IMG/VR virus record: IMGVR_UViG_2816332137_000001
Span: 3,602 to 67,601 of that record
DNA: 64,000 nucleotides
Direction: 5' to 3' (one strand)
From: a virus
Lineage: Duplodnaviria > Caudoviricetes
In this document: positions 38,212 to 46,766 of the stretch, in pieces
How the letters are laid out: every line of letters starts with the position of its first letter
Position numbering within the stretch: the first letter of the stretch is position 1
The notes under the pieces: model-generated
What the model saw: the letters and a program-made list of their open reading frames with translations, nothing else
Database searches by the model: none
What the model was told of the DNA's origin: nothing
Translations under genes and position numbers: made by a program

Positions 38212-39376
38212 AAAGTATGGCCTAACTAAAGCTGGATTTGTAAAAAAAGATTTTCTTACTTGTTACTCCGAGATTAGCGAATCATTTAAAAACAAAATAA
38301 ATCAAAATATTGATTTAAGTCCTACATCTGTTTTTGGAAATATCATTGGTATTTATGCAGAAAGAGAATCCTTATTATGGGATGGTTTGCAAGAATTGAG
38401 TACAACAATGAACCCAAATAACGCCACAGGAATTCCATTGCAAAATGCTATTTCGATTAATGGAATTTCAAAACAAGAAGCTACAGCTTCAAAAGTTATT
38501 CTTACATTTTATGGTAAAACAGGAATAAAAATACCTTCTGGTACTGGCGTTGCAATCCCTGAAACATCTTATCAATTTAATACAAAAATAGATGCAGTAG
38601 TTGCGCAAAATGGAATTGTTGAAATTGAAGCCGAATGTTCAATTTTAGGGGAAGTGAAAGCTTTAGCAGGAACTATAAATAAGATTTTAAACCCTATTTA
38701 TAACATTGAGTCATGCACAAATAAAAAAGATGCGGTTGTGGGTCAATTTGAAGAAACAGAAGAAGATTTAAAAATCAGAAGACTTCAACTTTTACAAAGA
38801 GCTGGATCAGCTACAGAAAAAGGAATTCGTGCAGCAATACAAAAAATTGAGGGTGTAAAAACATCGATTCTATTAAATGCAGAAATTGCGAATTATATTC
38901 CTTCAGGCTCCATTCATCTTTATGTTGAAGGAGGAGAGCCTTTAGCAATTGCTAATGCTATTAATAGTTCGAGAGGTGGTGGCTGCCTTTTATATTTAGA
39001 TGAAAGTTCAATTAAAAATACCATAAAAGATTCTCAAGGAATCGACAGAATAATTTCATTTTCTCGACCAAAAGAAAAAATAATCTATCTCTCAATTGCA
39101 TTAAAAACAAATTCTGATTTTCCTTCAAATGGATATGAACAAGTTAAAAATGCAATTATAGATTATGCAAATAAAAATTTAACGATTGGAAAATCTCTTA
39201 TAAATTCTTCATTATATGTCCCTATAAATTCTGTCAGTGGGATAATAGGAATTCAAATTTATCAAGACTTATTACCTAATCCTTCAAATACATTAAATAT
39301 ATCTGTAGAGCCAATTGAATATGCAAAATTAGATACATCAAGAATAAATTTTATAGATTGGAAAGGTAAATTTTAA
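38204..39376 (+). CDS. Baseplate J/gp47 family protein
   Basis: YG.T..GF, A.G..L, G..EE.E..L..R. Confidence 0.9.
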   Translation: MDKKYGLTKAGFVKKDFLTCYSEISESFKNKINQNIDLSPTSVFGNIIGIYAERESLLWDGLQELSTTMNPNNATGIPLQNAISINGISKQEATASKVILTFYGKTGIKIPSGTGVAIPETSYQFNTKIDAVVAQNGIVEIEAECSILGEVKALAGTINKILNPIYNIESCTNKKDAVVGQFEETEEDLKIRRLQLLQRAGSATEKGIRAAIQKIEGVKTSILLNAEIANYIPSGSIHLYVEGGEPLAIANAINSSRGGGCLLYLDESSIKNTIKDSQGIDRIISFSRPKEKIIYLSIALKTNSDFPSNGYEQVKNAIIDYANKNLTIGKSLINSSLYVPINSVSGIIGIQIYQDLLPNPSNTLNISVEPIEYAKLDTSRINFIDWKGKF

Positions 39377-39949
39377 TTGGAAAAAATAGAAAATCATGCT
39401 GATGAAGCTAAAAAAAGATTATTAAAACAATTCCAAAATAGCAAAATATTAAACGCTTTTGTTGAAGCAATTGGAGAAAGATTTCAAGAATTAGAAGATG
39501 AGCTTTTTAATTTATATTTACTGAATTATTTGAATGCAGAAGGAAATAAACTAGATGATTTTGGAGATATTATTGGCTCTTTGAGAGCTGGCCTTGACGA
39601 TGAGAAATTTAAAAACTTATTAACTGCAGCGATTTGTGAAAATAATTCAGAAGGAACTATTGAGGATCTGATTCAAATATGTAGGCTCCTAACCCGTCCA
39701 AAAAAGGTTCAACTTTTTGAGCCAGCCCCTAATCAGGTTGCTCTAGCTGTTATTAATCCACAACCATTAACTGATTTAAAAACAATTTCCAAAGCACTAA
39801 AAAGTTCTAAATTAGCAAATACTGAGCTTTCTACATTTTTAATTAATTTAGACAGTCCGTTCTTATTCAATGAATCTAATTTTCAGGAGACAAGAGGATT
39901 CGGTGATGAATCGATTCTTGGAGGAAGATTTGCAATAGAATTGGAGTAA
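39377..39949 (+). CDS. Baseplate protein (DUF2612-like; TTG start)
   Basis: A.G..LD..G.I.G, N.S.GT. Confidence 0.8.
   Translation: MEKIENHADEAKKRLLKQFQNSKILNAFVEAIGERFQELEDELFNLYLLNYLNAEGNKLDDFGDIIGSLRAGLDDEKFKNLLTAAICENNSEGTIEDLIQICRLLTRPKKVQLFEPAPNQVALAVINPQPLTDLKTISKALKSSKLANTELSTFLINLDSPFLFNESNFQETRGFGDESILGGRFAIELE
39848..39860 (+). promoter_or_regulatory. Late motif copy inside the DUF2612-like gene, upstream of the fibre and lysis genes
   Basis: Exact TTAGACAGTCCGT; the -10 position (GAATCT) is a poor match. Confidence 0.5.
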
Positions 39950-39951
39950 AA

Positions 39952-40638
39952 ATGGCCGAAGAAAGACCTGAAGAATTACCTGAATGGGGAACAAAAATTG
40001 AATCGTTAATAAAAGCACCTTCACTTGAGAAAAGAAAACTAGGTTATTCTATAGATCCTACCACTGGATTAGCGGATATTCCTTCTCTTAAAGGAGAAAA
40101 CTGGTTTCGTAATTTAGTATATAAATGGATTAAATATTTTGATGAAAAAATTTCAAATTTAAACATTTCAATTAATTCATTATCTATCTCTGATAAAGAA
40201 AAACAAATAGATCTAAATAAATGGCATGATTTAATATCTTTTGTCCTTCCAAAAGGAAAATGGATTTTTATAATTTCATTCAAGCATTCTATAGCTAGAG
40301 ATCAGCAATTAAATAATTTAGAGCAATCTCCTATTTTTGTTTGTGGAATTTCAAAAACAAGTGGTCCATTATCAGAAATAAATTCAGGCAATAATATTGA
40401 AATAGTAAAAAGAATTCTTAGTTTAAGTGAGGTAGGGAATACTCTTTATAGTTCATATTTAGCAAAAGAATATGAGCAAGGTCATTTAGGTTCGGCTGTA
40501 GAAAATATTGGCTTTTCATGCATCATTGATAACCAAATTGATACAACTTATTACGTTAAAGATTTATGTTTTTCTTACCCTAATGGCTTAGATGTATTTA
40601 AAATTTTTTATCAAATCAATGCAATTAAAATAGGATAA
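39952..40638 (+). CDS. Short tail-fibre-like protein
   Basis: N-terminal P...K..GY...P....NW.....WI.Y baseplate anchor pattern. Confidence 0.6.
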   Translation: MAEERPEELPEWGTKIESLIKAPSLEKRKLGYSIDPTTGLADIPSLKGENWFRNLVYKWIKYFDEKISNLNISINSLSISDKEKQIDLNKWHDLISFVLPKGKWIFIISFKHSIARDQQLNNLEQSPIFVCGISKTSGPLSEINSGNNIEIVKRILSLSEVGNTLYSSYLAKEYEQGHLGSAVENIGFSCIIDNQIDTTYYVKDLCFSYPNGLDVFKIFYQINAIKIG

Positions 40639-40648
40639 AGGAGAATTA

Positions 40649-41020
40649 ATGTCAGAATCAAAAGAAGATATTGCTGCTGCTGTTAGAGAATTCTTTGTTG
40701 CAATCAAGTCATCTCCAAATGCGATGATTTTATTATTGGTATTTGTTTGTGTTGGATCTTCTTCGTTGGTTACATATTTTGGCTTTCAATTGACAGGACA
40801 GAATAATAAATATTATTCAGAATCATTAACAAATCAACTTCAAGTTGCAAATCAACAAGTAAAGCAATTTAACGAGAATATTTCAGTAACAAATATTGCT
40901 TTGTCTCAATTAAAAGAGCAATTCTCTGATTTTAAACTAATGCAAAGCGAAATACAGAATTCAATTAAAGATCATGAAAAAAGGCTTATTAAAATTGAAG
41001 TAAAAGAAGGTATTAGATGA
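40649..41020 (+). CDS. Holin candidate (one TM plus coiled coil)
   Basis: Directly upstream of and overlapping the endolysin. Confidence 0.5.
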   Translation: MSESKEDIAAAVREFFVAIKSSPNAMILLLVFVCVGSSSLVTYFGFQLTGQNNKYYSESLTNQLQVANQQVKQFNENISVTNIALSQLKEQFSDFKLMQSEIQNSIKDHEKRLIKIEVKEGIR

Positions 41021-41439
41021 AATTATCCAATAACTTTTCTCTCGAAGAATTTGAACATTCCTACGTTGCGATTGCAAGAGGAATAAATAATAAAGCACCA
41101 GAAGAAGTTATTAATAATTTAAAAAAATTATGTGAAAATGCTCTTGAACCATTGAGGCAGTATTTAAATAAACCAATTAAAATATTGTCTGGATATAGAT
41201 GTGAGGAATTAAACAATGCGGTAAATGGGGTTAAAAACTCACAACACTTGTTGGGTTGTGCAGCAGATATAACAGTTGAAAATATTCCTCATCCAGAATT
41301 ATTTGAAATAATAAAAAATCATTTTGAATTTGATCAATTAATTCTCGAATACGTAAAACCAAATAATTCTTTTAGCGGCTGGGTTCATGTTAGCTGGAAT
41401 GAAAATAAAAATAGAAATAAATATTTTAAACTAGGGTGA
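41017..41439 (+). CDS. Endolysin, peptidase M15 family
   Basis: SGYRC..LN.AV.G..NSQH..G.AADI...WVHVS Zn-binding motifs. Confidence 0.92.
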   Translation: MKLSNNFSLEEFEHSYVAIARGINNKAPEEVINNLKKLCENALEPLRQYLNKPIKILSGYRCEELNNAVNGVKNSQHLLGCAADITVENIPHPELFEIIKNHFEFDQLILEYVKPNNSFSGWVHVSWNENKNRNKYFKLG

Positions 41440-41445
41440 TTAATA

Positions 41446-42126
41446 ATGGATACTTTTAATGATTTTATGAAAAAAACTTTTGAAAATTTAGAATGTGATT
41501 CTTATTTAGAAGATTTATTTAGTAACATAGAATTATTTACAAATGATTTTATTGAAAGGAAATCACCTAGATTAATTGTAAACATGCCACCAAGAAGCTT
41601 AAAAAGTGAATCAATATCAATAAGACTTCCGGCATATTTACATTCAAAAAATCCAAAATTAAATATTGGCGTATTTGTTGCGAATCAAGATCTTGCAAAT
41701 CATTTTTCATGCAAGAATAGTTGTATTTATAATAAACCAAATAATATAAAATATATAGGAATAAGTAATGAAAGCATAGATGATTTAAAATTTGATATTA
41801 TTATAATAGATGACACTATAAGAAGTTCTAAAGAATCAGAATCTTTAAAATTTAAATTCAAGACACATACTTTTATAAAAAAACTTTTAGAGAAACATTT
41901 AAATCCTTATGGTGGTTTTATAAATGTTCAATCTCGCTGGTGTAAAGACGATACAACTGGATTTTTGATAGATGTATGTAATAATCATGATTGGAAAGTT
42001 TTAAAATATCCCGCGTTAAATAGTAATGACGAACCTTTAACAAATCTATTCAAATACAAAAAAATAAAGAAAAATATTAACTATAAATATTTTCAAGCCT
42101 TATATCAGCAAGATCCTATTTTATGA
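41446..42126 (+). CDS. Stand-alone terminase large-subunit ATPase-domain paralog (no nuclease domain)
   Basis: KSPRL...MPPR..KS, IIIDD, Q.RW..DD..G.L, W.V..YPA, ends YQQDPIL; colinear with the TerL N-domain. Confidence 0.85.
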   Translation: MDTFNDFMKKTFENLECDSYLEDLFSNIELFTNDFIERKSPRLIVNMPPRSLKSESISIRLPAYLHSKNPKLNIGVFVANQDLANHFSCKNSCIYNKPNNIKYIGISNESIDDLKFDIIIIDDTIRSSKESESLKFKFKTHTFIKKLLEKHLNPYGGFINVQSRWCKDDTTGFLIDVCNNHDWKVLKYPALNSNDEPLTNLFKYKKIKKNINYKYFQALYQQDPIL

Positions 42127-42701
42127 TTTTAAGGTATAAAAAAATGACTTTAAAATATAAAATAATAATCTGCTTTGTTACTTTAATTGCTGTTTTTTTT
42201 GCTGGCCGTTTATCTCGACCAGAGGCTCAACCTACGGTGGTAAAAACTCAAAAAGAAGAAAAGCAATCGGTAAATTTAGTTGATACAAAACAAGAGGAAA
42301 AAAAATCAAAAACAATAAAGCATAAAAACAAAATCAAATTGTCAGAAAAAAAACCTGATGGTTCTGAAAAAACGCTGGAAATTGTATCAAATGATACAAA
42401 TGAAATTACAAGCGACCAAATTTTAAATTTATCAACTTTAAATAGTGAGACTAGGACCACCGAAAAAATCGAGCTTAAAACGCCTAAAAACAATTTAGCG
42501 ATAGAAACTCAACTAGCAATTGAAAATAAATTTAAAAGCTTTTCGGAGTTACCAAACACATTTAAATTTTCGCCTAATGTTTCGGCAAAACTTGATTACA
42601 GGCTAACAGGCGACTTGTGGGCTTTTGCAAGAATTAAACACGAAATTTTTAACAACAATAACTCTTGCGAGATCGGGATCTCGCACAGACTCGAATTTTA
42701 A
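42123..42701 (+). CDS. N-terminally anchored membrane protein (spanin/Rz-like position)
   Basis: One N-terminal TM; last gene of the lysis cassette. Confidence 0.5.
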   Translation: MILRYKKMTLKYKIIICFVTLIAVFFAGRLSRPEAQPTVVKTQKEEKQSVNLVDTKQEEKKSKTIKHKNKIKLSEKKPDGSEKTLEIVSNDTNEITSDQILNLSTLNSETRTTEKIELKTPKNNLAIETQLAIENKFKSFSELPNTFKFSPNVSAKLDYRLTGDLWAFARIKHEIFNNNNSCEIGISHRLEF

Positions 42702-42717
42702 TAAGGAAATAATTATT

Positions 42718-43323
42718 ATGAAACAAATTTTAAATTATCAAGTGCAAGAAGTAAATCAAGATCAATATTGGGACACCTACTATAAAGAGTTTATGCAGGA
42801 TTTTCCAGAAGAGCTAACCTTTATTCGTGAAGGACTTCTAACAAAAGAGCAAATGGATAAAAGAAAAAACCTATTAAAAATGACTTCAAATATCTCACAT
42901 CATTTTATTTTAAAAGATGGTGATAAAGCTATTGCATTATTTCGTGGAGAACAAAAAGATATAGATGTTTATTATTTACGCCACGGAGTTGTAAAAAATG
43001 AGTACAGAAAGCAAGGGATTTTGTCCGAATGTTTAAACAAGGCAATTGAGTTTTGTAAAGAATTAGGATTTGTCCAAATTACATGCTGTTTTGTTCTTTC
43101 AAATAATAACATTCTATCGCAAATGATCAAAAAAGATTTTTATTTAACTTCAATTGAGTGTCACGCTGAGTATGGTCAAATTGGGTGGCTTAGTCATTAC
43201 CTAAATGAAGATTTAAAAAGGGCTTTCTTTTTCCGTTGTGGAATGGTTGAATTTTCAAAAAAGCTTTTAGATAATTCTGAGGGAAATGTTAAAAAATTTA
43301 ATAAAATATTAAATGGATTTTAA
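42718..43323 (+). CDS. GNAT-family acetyltransferase
   Basis: Acetyl-CoA motif V..EYRKQGI; N..I...IK..F; start at MKQILNY after AAGGA. Confidence 0.75.
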   Translation: MKQILNYQVQEVNQDQYWDTYYKEFMQDFPEELTFIREGLLTKEQMDKRKNLLKMTSNISHHFILKDGDKAIALFRGEQKDIDVYYLRHGVVKNEYRKQGILSECLNKAIEFCKELGFVQITCCFVLSNNNILSQMIKKDFYLTSIECHAEYGQIGWLSHYLNEDLKRAFFFRCGMVEFSKKLLDNSEGNVKKFNKILNGF

Positions 43324-43394
43324 TTCAATTTAAAATTGACGGATTTAATTATTTTTGTTTTCATTCATACCGTCATTAATAATTCGAGGTGTAA

Positions 43395-43919
43395 ATGAAA
43401 TTTCTTATTTTCTTTGTAATGCCATTTATAATTTTTATAATTTATCTATTTTCTGGCGATGATAAAACACTTCTTTCCGATAAAGAAGCTTCTGAAAAAT
43501 TAGATAAAGCAATTGAATTATGTTTAGGAAGAATTGGAGTCATGAAAACAATTTTATCCAATATGTTAAATGATGATTATTCTTTTAAAACTGACAATAA
43601 TGGGTATGTTTTAAGTGTTTTATCAAGAGAATTCGGAATATCTAAAGATAGATGTGAAATGGCAAAAAGTAATATCAATAAAAATTTAAGTGAGTTTAAA
43701 TTTTCAAACGAAATGGAAAGTATTTATAATAATAAACTCGAAAAAATTAATTTATACTATGAATATAATTATAAATTTTCATCGGAATTATCTAAATTTA
43801 ATAATACAAGAATTTTAAGCTCTAAAGAGTTTAATAACTTTTTTTATAATAATAGTCATCAAGAATTAGCTGAATTATTGAGTAAATATTTAAAATTTGA
43901 AAGTCAGAACAATACTTAA
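43395..43919 (+). CDS. Membrane-anchored hypothetical protein
   Basis: N-terminal TM; GAGGTG RBS. Confidence 0.6.
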   Translation: MKFLIFFVMPFIIFIIYLFSGDDKTLLSDKEASEKLDKAIELCLGRIGVMKTILSNMLNDDYSFKTDNNGYVLSVLSREFGISKDRCEMAKSNINKNLSEFKFSNEMESIYNNKLEKINLYYEYNYKFSSELSKFNNTRILSSKEFNNFFYNNSHQELAELLSKYLKFESQNNT

Positions 43920-43932
43920 ATTAGGAGATTTT

Positions 43933-44343
43933 ATGAAAAAAATTTTTATTATTCCCTTGTTATTAAGTCCATCTCTTTTGTTTGCGTCAAATAAGATAGA
44001 TTTTAATTTATTTCCAACAGATCGAGGCGGTAACTCTGACGCAGCTACTTTTTCAAATGAAAAAATTAGAAATAATCCTAGTAATTTTATAGGAAAAACA
44101 GCTACAACGGCATTATTGAATTGTATTTCCAGTGAATTAGTTGGCAAAGATTTAAAAAACGTAAATATAAGCTATGATGGAGTAATATGTAGATATAATG
44201 ATGTTTCTTTTGGTGTAATAATGGATTTAAAGCAAAGAGAATTAGTAAAACACAATAAAATAAAAATTGTTACTGGAACGATTGTTGGTGTTAACCTAAG
44301 TGGTAACAATACTATAATTATACAACCAGAAAAAATTAATTAA
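43933..44343 (+). CDS. Secreted hypothetical protein, possibly OB-fold
   Basis: MKK...LFA signal peptide; AGGAG RBS. Confidence 0.55.
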   Translation: MKKIFIIPLLLSPSLLFASNKIDFNLFPTDRGGNSDAATFSNEKIRNNPSNFIGKTATTALLNCISSELVGKDLKNVNISYDGVICRYNDVSFGVIMDLKQRELVKHNKIKIVTGTIVGVNLSGNNTIIIQPEKIN

Positions 44344-44394
44344 AGGGGTCATGGACGCTTAAAGCATTTTGTCATAAAAATTAGGAGTTTAAAT

Positions 44395-44595
44395 ATGCCA
44401 ATTATTCTTGATAGACATAAAGGATATATTTGTACAAATTGTAGTAATACTATTTGTAATAGTTCAAAAGGTATTTACACTTGTCCTAAATGCAAAGAAG
44501 TCTTTGACTCTATTAAAAATACTTTGCATAGTGGAAATGAAAATGATTATGCTAAAATATCAAGAGAAAAAATTCTTGAACCAAATTTGGATTGA
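44395..44595 (+). CDS. Zn-ribbon small protein
   Basis: CTNC...CPKC; AGGAG RBS. Confidence 0.6.
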   Translation: MPIILDRHKGYICTNCSNTICNSSKGIYTCPKCKEVFDSIKNTLHSGNENDYAKISREKILEPNLD

Positions 44596-44611
44596 TATTT
44601 ATTTTTATTTT

Positions 44612-44896
44612 TTATTTCAGTAAAGATAGAAGATTATTTTTATCTTGTATTATATCTTTCTCTACAATAGAGATATCAACCGCACTTGCTCCTTCAATTC
44701 TATTCTCTTTCGCAAGCATATCCAATGCATAATTCATAAGCCAAATAGCTCGATCCGCCTGAGACTTTTGACCTCTAGGAAAGTTAATTTTTGAGCTATT
44801 AAAAGAAGTTTTAGCATTCTTAATAAAGTTTAAAACATCTGTATTCTCTTCCGAGTCAGGCAACCGCATTTGATAAAACTTTTTTTCGTCACTCAT
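44612..44896 (-). CDS. ParR-like adaptor/DNA-binding partner of the actin-like ATPase
   Basis: ATGA overlap with the upstream actin gene; N-terminal strand-helix (KFYQMRLP). Confidence 0.6.
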   Translation of the reverse strand: MSDEKKFYQMRLPDSEENTDVLNFIKNAKTSFNSSKINFPRGQKSQADRAIWLMNYALDMLAKENRIEGASAVDISIVEKDIIQDKNNLLSLLK

Positions 44897-45891
44897 ACTA
44901 TGGACACCTTTACGCTAGAGTTTCCAATATCTATTGATACATGTTTGTATGATGATTTTAACTTAGACAAACCAGCAACAACGCTAAAAGTTGGATCTAA
45001 GTCTTCAACAAGTTCGGTCATTAGAATAATGTTATAACCGTTACCTTTAGCGATTTCCTTAAGTACAGACATAAATACATGATCTTTTGCTGCACCACCA
45101 CTGACAACAATATTTTTTGCTCTATCTTTATAACGGGCATTTTTATTTAAAAGTTCTCCAATAACTGAACGGATAAATTGTCTGGCAGCAGTTTCTTTTT
45201 CCTTCAAACAATCAATTCTTTTTCCATTCATACCGGATTTTTCTGGCATGTTACCTAATTGCCATGAGTTTATTGCTTCACTTGATGATAAATTTTGTTG
45301 GTCAGAAAAAACCTGAATTGCTCCTGCTAAACCTTCAACGCGTGCGTAAGAATCTGGTAAATTCTTTCCATCAACTCTACTTGCTTGTTGCCAGTCACCG
45401 TGCCCGATGTGCCAATATAAAAAAGTTTTTGCGTCAAGTGGAATGTTGAGCATAGAAGCTAGGAATTCATATGCAATAGTTGGTTCTTCCTGAATAATGA
45501 TTTCGCAATTTTTCCAATTTGAATCAGTGGATTTATCCTTGAACCTAATATTTGCTACTGTTTCCTTAAGCAAAGCAAGTTTATTTCTTGCAAGGGTATT
45601 ATCACCTACCTGATCACGAAACTGATCCATAAACTGAAAAGGGACGCTCATGGCTAATGAAATTACGTGTGTCCCTTCTCCCAAAGCTCTTGCAAGTCCT
45701 GCTTTTAATAATGTTTGGTAATGATCTGACTCTAAAGTTCCACCAAATATTCTTGGGCTATGAGGATTTAAAGTTTGCGCCAGATCGCCTACAACCGTTT
45801 CAATTCCCTTATCATCAATTAAAATTGATTGTTTATTTAGCAACTCTTTTTCTTTGGGGGCAGAACAAATAAAACTTGGTAGAAATTCCAT
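44893..45891 (-). CDS. ParM/StbA-like actin-fold ATPase, circularly permuted
   Basis: Starts at MEFLPS (GAGG RBS); P2-like HIGHGD, adenosine VVSGGAA, connect-2 F.VV.GL; P1 motif SIDIGNSSVK at the C-terminus. Confidence 0.85.
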   Translation of the reverse strand: MEFLPSFICSAPKEKELLNKQSILIDDKGIETVVGDLAQTLNPHSPRIFGGTLESDHYQTLLKAGLARALGEGTHVISLAMSVPFQFMDQFRDQVGDNTLARNKLALLKETVANIRFKDKSTDSNWKNCEIIIQEEPTIAYEFLASMLNIPLDAKTFLYWHIGHGDWQQASRVDGKNLPDSYARVEGLAGAIQVFSDQQNLSSSEAINSWQLGNMPEKSGMNGKRIDCLKEKETAARQFIRSVIGELLNKNARYKDRAKNIVVSGGAAKDHVFMSVLKEIAKGNGYNIILMTELVEDLDPTFSVVAGLSKLKSSYKHVSIDIGNSSVKVSIV

Positions 45892-45944
45892 TAGATAGTT
45901 CCTCATATTTTAAAGCATAAATATTTTAGCTTTAAAGGGTGAAT

Positions 45945-46060
45945 TCTGTTTATTGCATAATTAAAATACATATAAAACATAAAATTCACTTCCTTATCAC
46001 ACAAATAAAATTTATTGCATAAATAACATTTGTTTATTTATGCAAATGCAATGTAACGGA
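45945..46060. repeat. parC-like repeats upstream of the actin operon
   Basis: TTTATTGCATAA twice (about 45949 and 46010) plus an inverted TTATGCAAAT. Confidence 0.4.
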
Positions 46061-46262
46061 AATTTTTAGAGAGGGGAAGTGAACTAATATAAAAATTTTA
46101 ATTTTTATAACATATTAATTTGACAAATTAGAAAACAAGATGAGTATATCTAATGATTTAAATAATTTTTATAATTGGAGGATTTATATTATATGATGAA
46201 ATACTAGAAGAGAAATAAATTTAATCTTTTTAATTAAATAATATTAAAATAGGAAATATATA

Positions 46263-46703
46263 ATGAATATTGATCAGAATTTACTTAAAGAAGTTTTGTT
46301 AAATGCTAAAAATGGATTAATAAAAACAAAATATGACTCAATGGAAATTCCATGTGATGGCTTAGGCGAATACTCATTCATACTATGCCCAAATAAAAAT
46401 ATTGATCCATTTGAAGAGGAAAATAAATATAATGAAGAAATTGAGTATATTAAAACTCTTGCATATCATTTGAAAATATTAATTGATAATAACTATTTAT
46501 ATGGAGAAATTCGAAAAACACATCCTTTTTACATGGTTTCAATAAATGGATTAACTCTTAGCGGACATCAATTTCTGGAAACTTTATCCAATGATAATAT
46601 TTTAAAAAAAGTTATCGAAAAAATTGGAAATATATCTTTAGATACTGTTTCAAAAGTCCCTGCTTTAGCTATCGGAGCTATAATAAATTCTTCACTAAAG
46701 TAA
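46263..46703 (+). CDS. DUF2513-like protein
   Basis: L..L..NNYL.G...LT..GH.FL..L....I.KKV. Confidence 0.65.
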   Translation: MNIDQNLLKEVLLNAKNGLIKTKYDSMEIPCDGLGEYSFILCPNKNIDPFEEENKYNEEIEYIKTLAYHLKILIDNNYLYGEIRKTHPFYMVSINGLTLSGHQFLETLSNDNILKKVIEKIGNISLDTVSKVPALAIGAIINSSLK

Positions 46704-46766
46704 CTTTATAATTATTATTTTGATTTGATAGATTATTTAGGCATTATATATTATAAAAAATACTTA

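Noticed and set aside
16317-39860. TTAGACAGTCCGT as integron-like cassette attachment sites
   Set aside because: No integrase and no attC-like dyad; strict orientation and 17-bp -35/-10 spacing fit promoters better.
41446-42126. Simple terminase pseudogene
   Set aside because: The ORF is intact, tightly packed between its neighbours and ends at the domain boundary; decay is not excluded but is not the best reading.
42718-43323. LuxI-type autoinducer synthase
   Set aside because: It has the acetyl-CoA R/K-x-x-G motif of ordinary GNATs and lacks the LuxI N-terminal R...F...W signature.
45892-46080. Frameshifted N-terminal P1 exon for the actin-like gene
   Set aside because: The upstream sequence is AT-rich with an in-frame stop and no DxG motif was seen; the P1 motif is present in frame at the C-terminus.
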